64,000 nucleotides of DNA. Origin: Lepidodermella squamata. Its lineage: Eukaryota; Animalia; Gastrotricha. The position numbers and the translations under genes were made by a program. The notes under the pieces were generated by a model. That model saw only the letters and a list, made by a program, of their open reading frames with translations, did not search any database and was not told the origin of the DNA. Location: NCBI GenBank assembly GCA_047495785.1, contig JBLDXI010000032.1, forward strand, positions 682,001 through 746,000, written 5' to 3'. Positions 62,874 through 64,000 of the stretch are shown here, piece after piece (within the stretch, counting starts at the first letter, position 1; each line of letters begins with the position of its first letter).

Positions 62874-64000
62874 TCAAGCTAAGAAGTGACCTCTCGTCGT
62901 TGCGAGAACTAAAGCTAGAAAAGTCACATCAATGAAGAAGCACCCTATGATGATCCAAACACTCCACGAAGCATAACAATAAAGTTTCATGTACGACGAA
63001 TCTCGAATGCCTCCAGATGGCAGTGGCTCCATATCTTCATCCCTTTCCAGTTCCTCATCCTCAGCGATGGTTCCTACAAAACAAAGTTCAAATCTTTTGC
63101 CCAACATAATTTTCTATTTACCATGAATTGCGTGGTGTAGAGCATCCTTCGTTGCGTTGAATGAAGTCATAAAAGTATCCTCTACTTCATTTTTCTCTTG
63201 AAAATGAATAAAATTTCAAGGCCAAAACTGTAAAAAGATGGGTAGGACTTACTCAAAGCTTTAGCCGTTGTAGTTACCTTGAGAATCTGAGGTAGTGGCA
63301 CAAATTCGGTGCTCGAACCTCGAGATTTTTCAGTTGATTTCGCGCTACCCTTCGAGTCATCGTCAAGCTTCGCGCCATGGCCAATGTAGACAGTCTCTTT
63401 CTGAACTTGATTCGGAAGAGCATTCGCAAGGCGCCACTTCTTTTTCACCTGATAATCGTAAGCTGTTCGATTGAAGTTCAAGCCTTTATAAGGGTCAAAT
63501 TTTGAAGCGGTTGCAACGTTTTGCACCCAAGAACAGATTTCGCAAGATGCCCCGTGCCAGAAGAGGACAGCTAGGATCGCGAAAAATGAGCTCAGAAATA
63601 TGCCAATAAGAACTAGCCATTCTTTGATGAGCAAACTCTTCTCAGTAGACGAGTAGTCACATTCGTCGAAATCGATCTCGAAAGTAAATGAATGGTAGAG
63701 TAATAGCACCAAACTTGCACTGATTAATGACAGACTTATGAAAGCAAGACAGCGACTCAGTGTCATCCAATCGAAAACAACTTGACTTGGTATCCACATT
63801 GTCTCGTAAACGAATTGCGGGGTGGTAGCGACTGGGAAGACGCGTTTAAATTTCGAGTACTTGCGGACATGTAGGGTGAATAGCCCGGCGTAGGAGGCCA
63901 CTCGTCCATCTTCAAAATAAGTCCACATAGGCAAGGTAATCGCTGTCATTAGCAGGGCATAGATTACTAAGCTGATTGCAATCGTAAGTTTCGTCCAAGG
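62874..64000 (-). CDS. Claudin/PMP22-like multi-pass membrane protein (5' end outside window)
   Basis: ITLPMW...YAGLF signature after a hydrophobic helix, three further hydrophobic segments, GT-AG introns near 63250-63075. Confidence 0.6.

Overview
Eukaryotic, most likely invertebrate metazoan, AT-rich genomic DNA with short GT-AG introns (about 45-60 bp). The first 45 kb is a transposon-dense accessory region. It holds a decaying array of an intron-containing P-loop NTPase gene (1 intact copy, 4 broken copies, 1 fragment) and two intact spliced genes plus one orphan exon of a PD-(D/E)XK/Crinkler-REase-like family whose catalytic motif is degenerate. Mobile content includes a MULE/Foldback-NOF-like transposon and its partial duplicate, a Gypsy element disrupted by an L2/CR1 LINE and a TIR element, many MITEs with readable TSDs, and two Penelope-type hammerhead motifs. 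The standout is a 1.39-kb unit in which ~113-bp terminal inverted repeats and a 2-bp TSD enclose only tRNA genes and tRNA remnants, suggesting a mobile tRNA array. The last 18 kb is gene-dense: RIO2, EEA1-like, a carboxylesterase, a Cys-tailed small protein, a peptidase-C76-like (DUB-like)/RING gene next to an RBR E3 ligase, a second tRNA cluster containing a variant U1 snRNA, and the 3' part of a claudin-like gene. All family assignments come from motif recognition by eye; no database searches were run.
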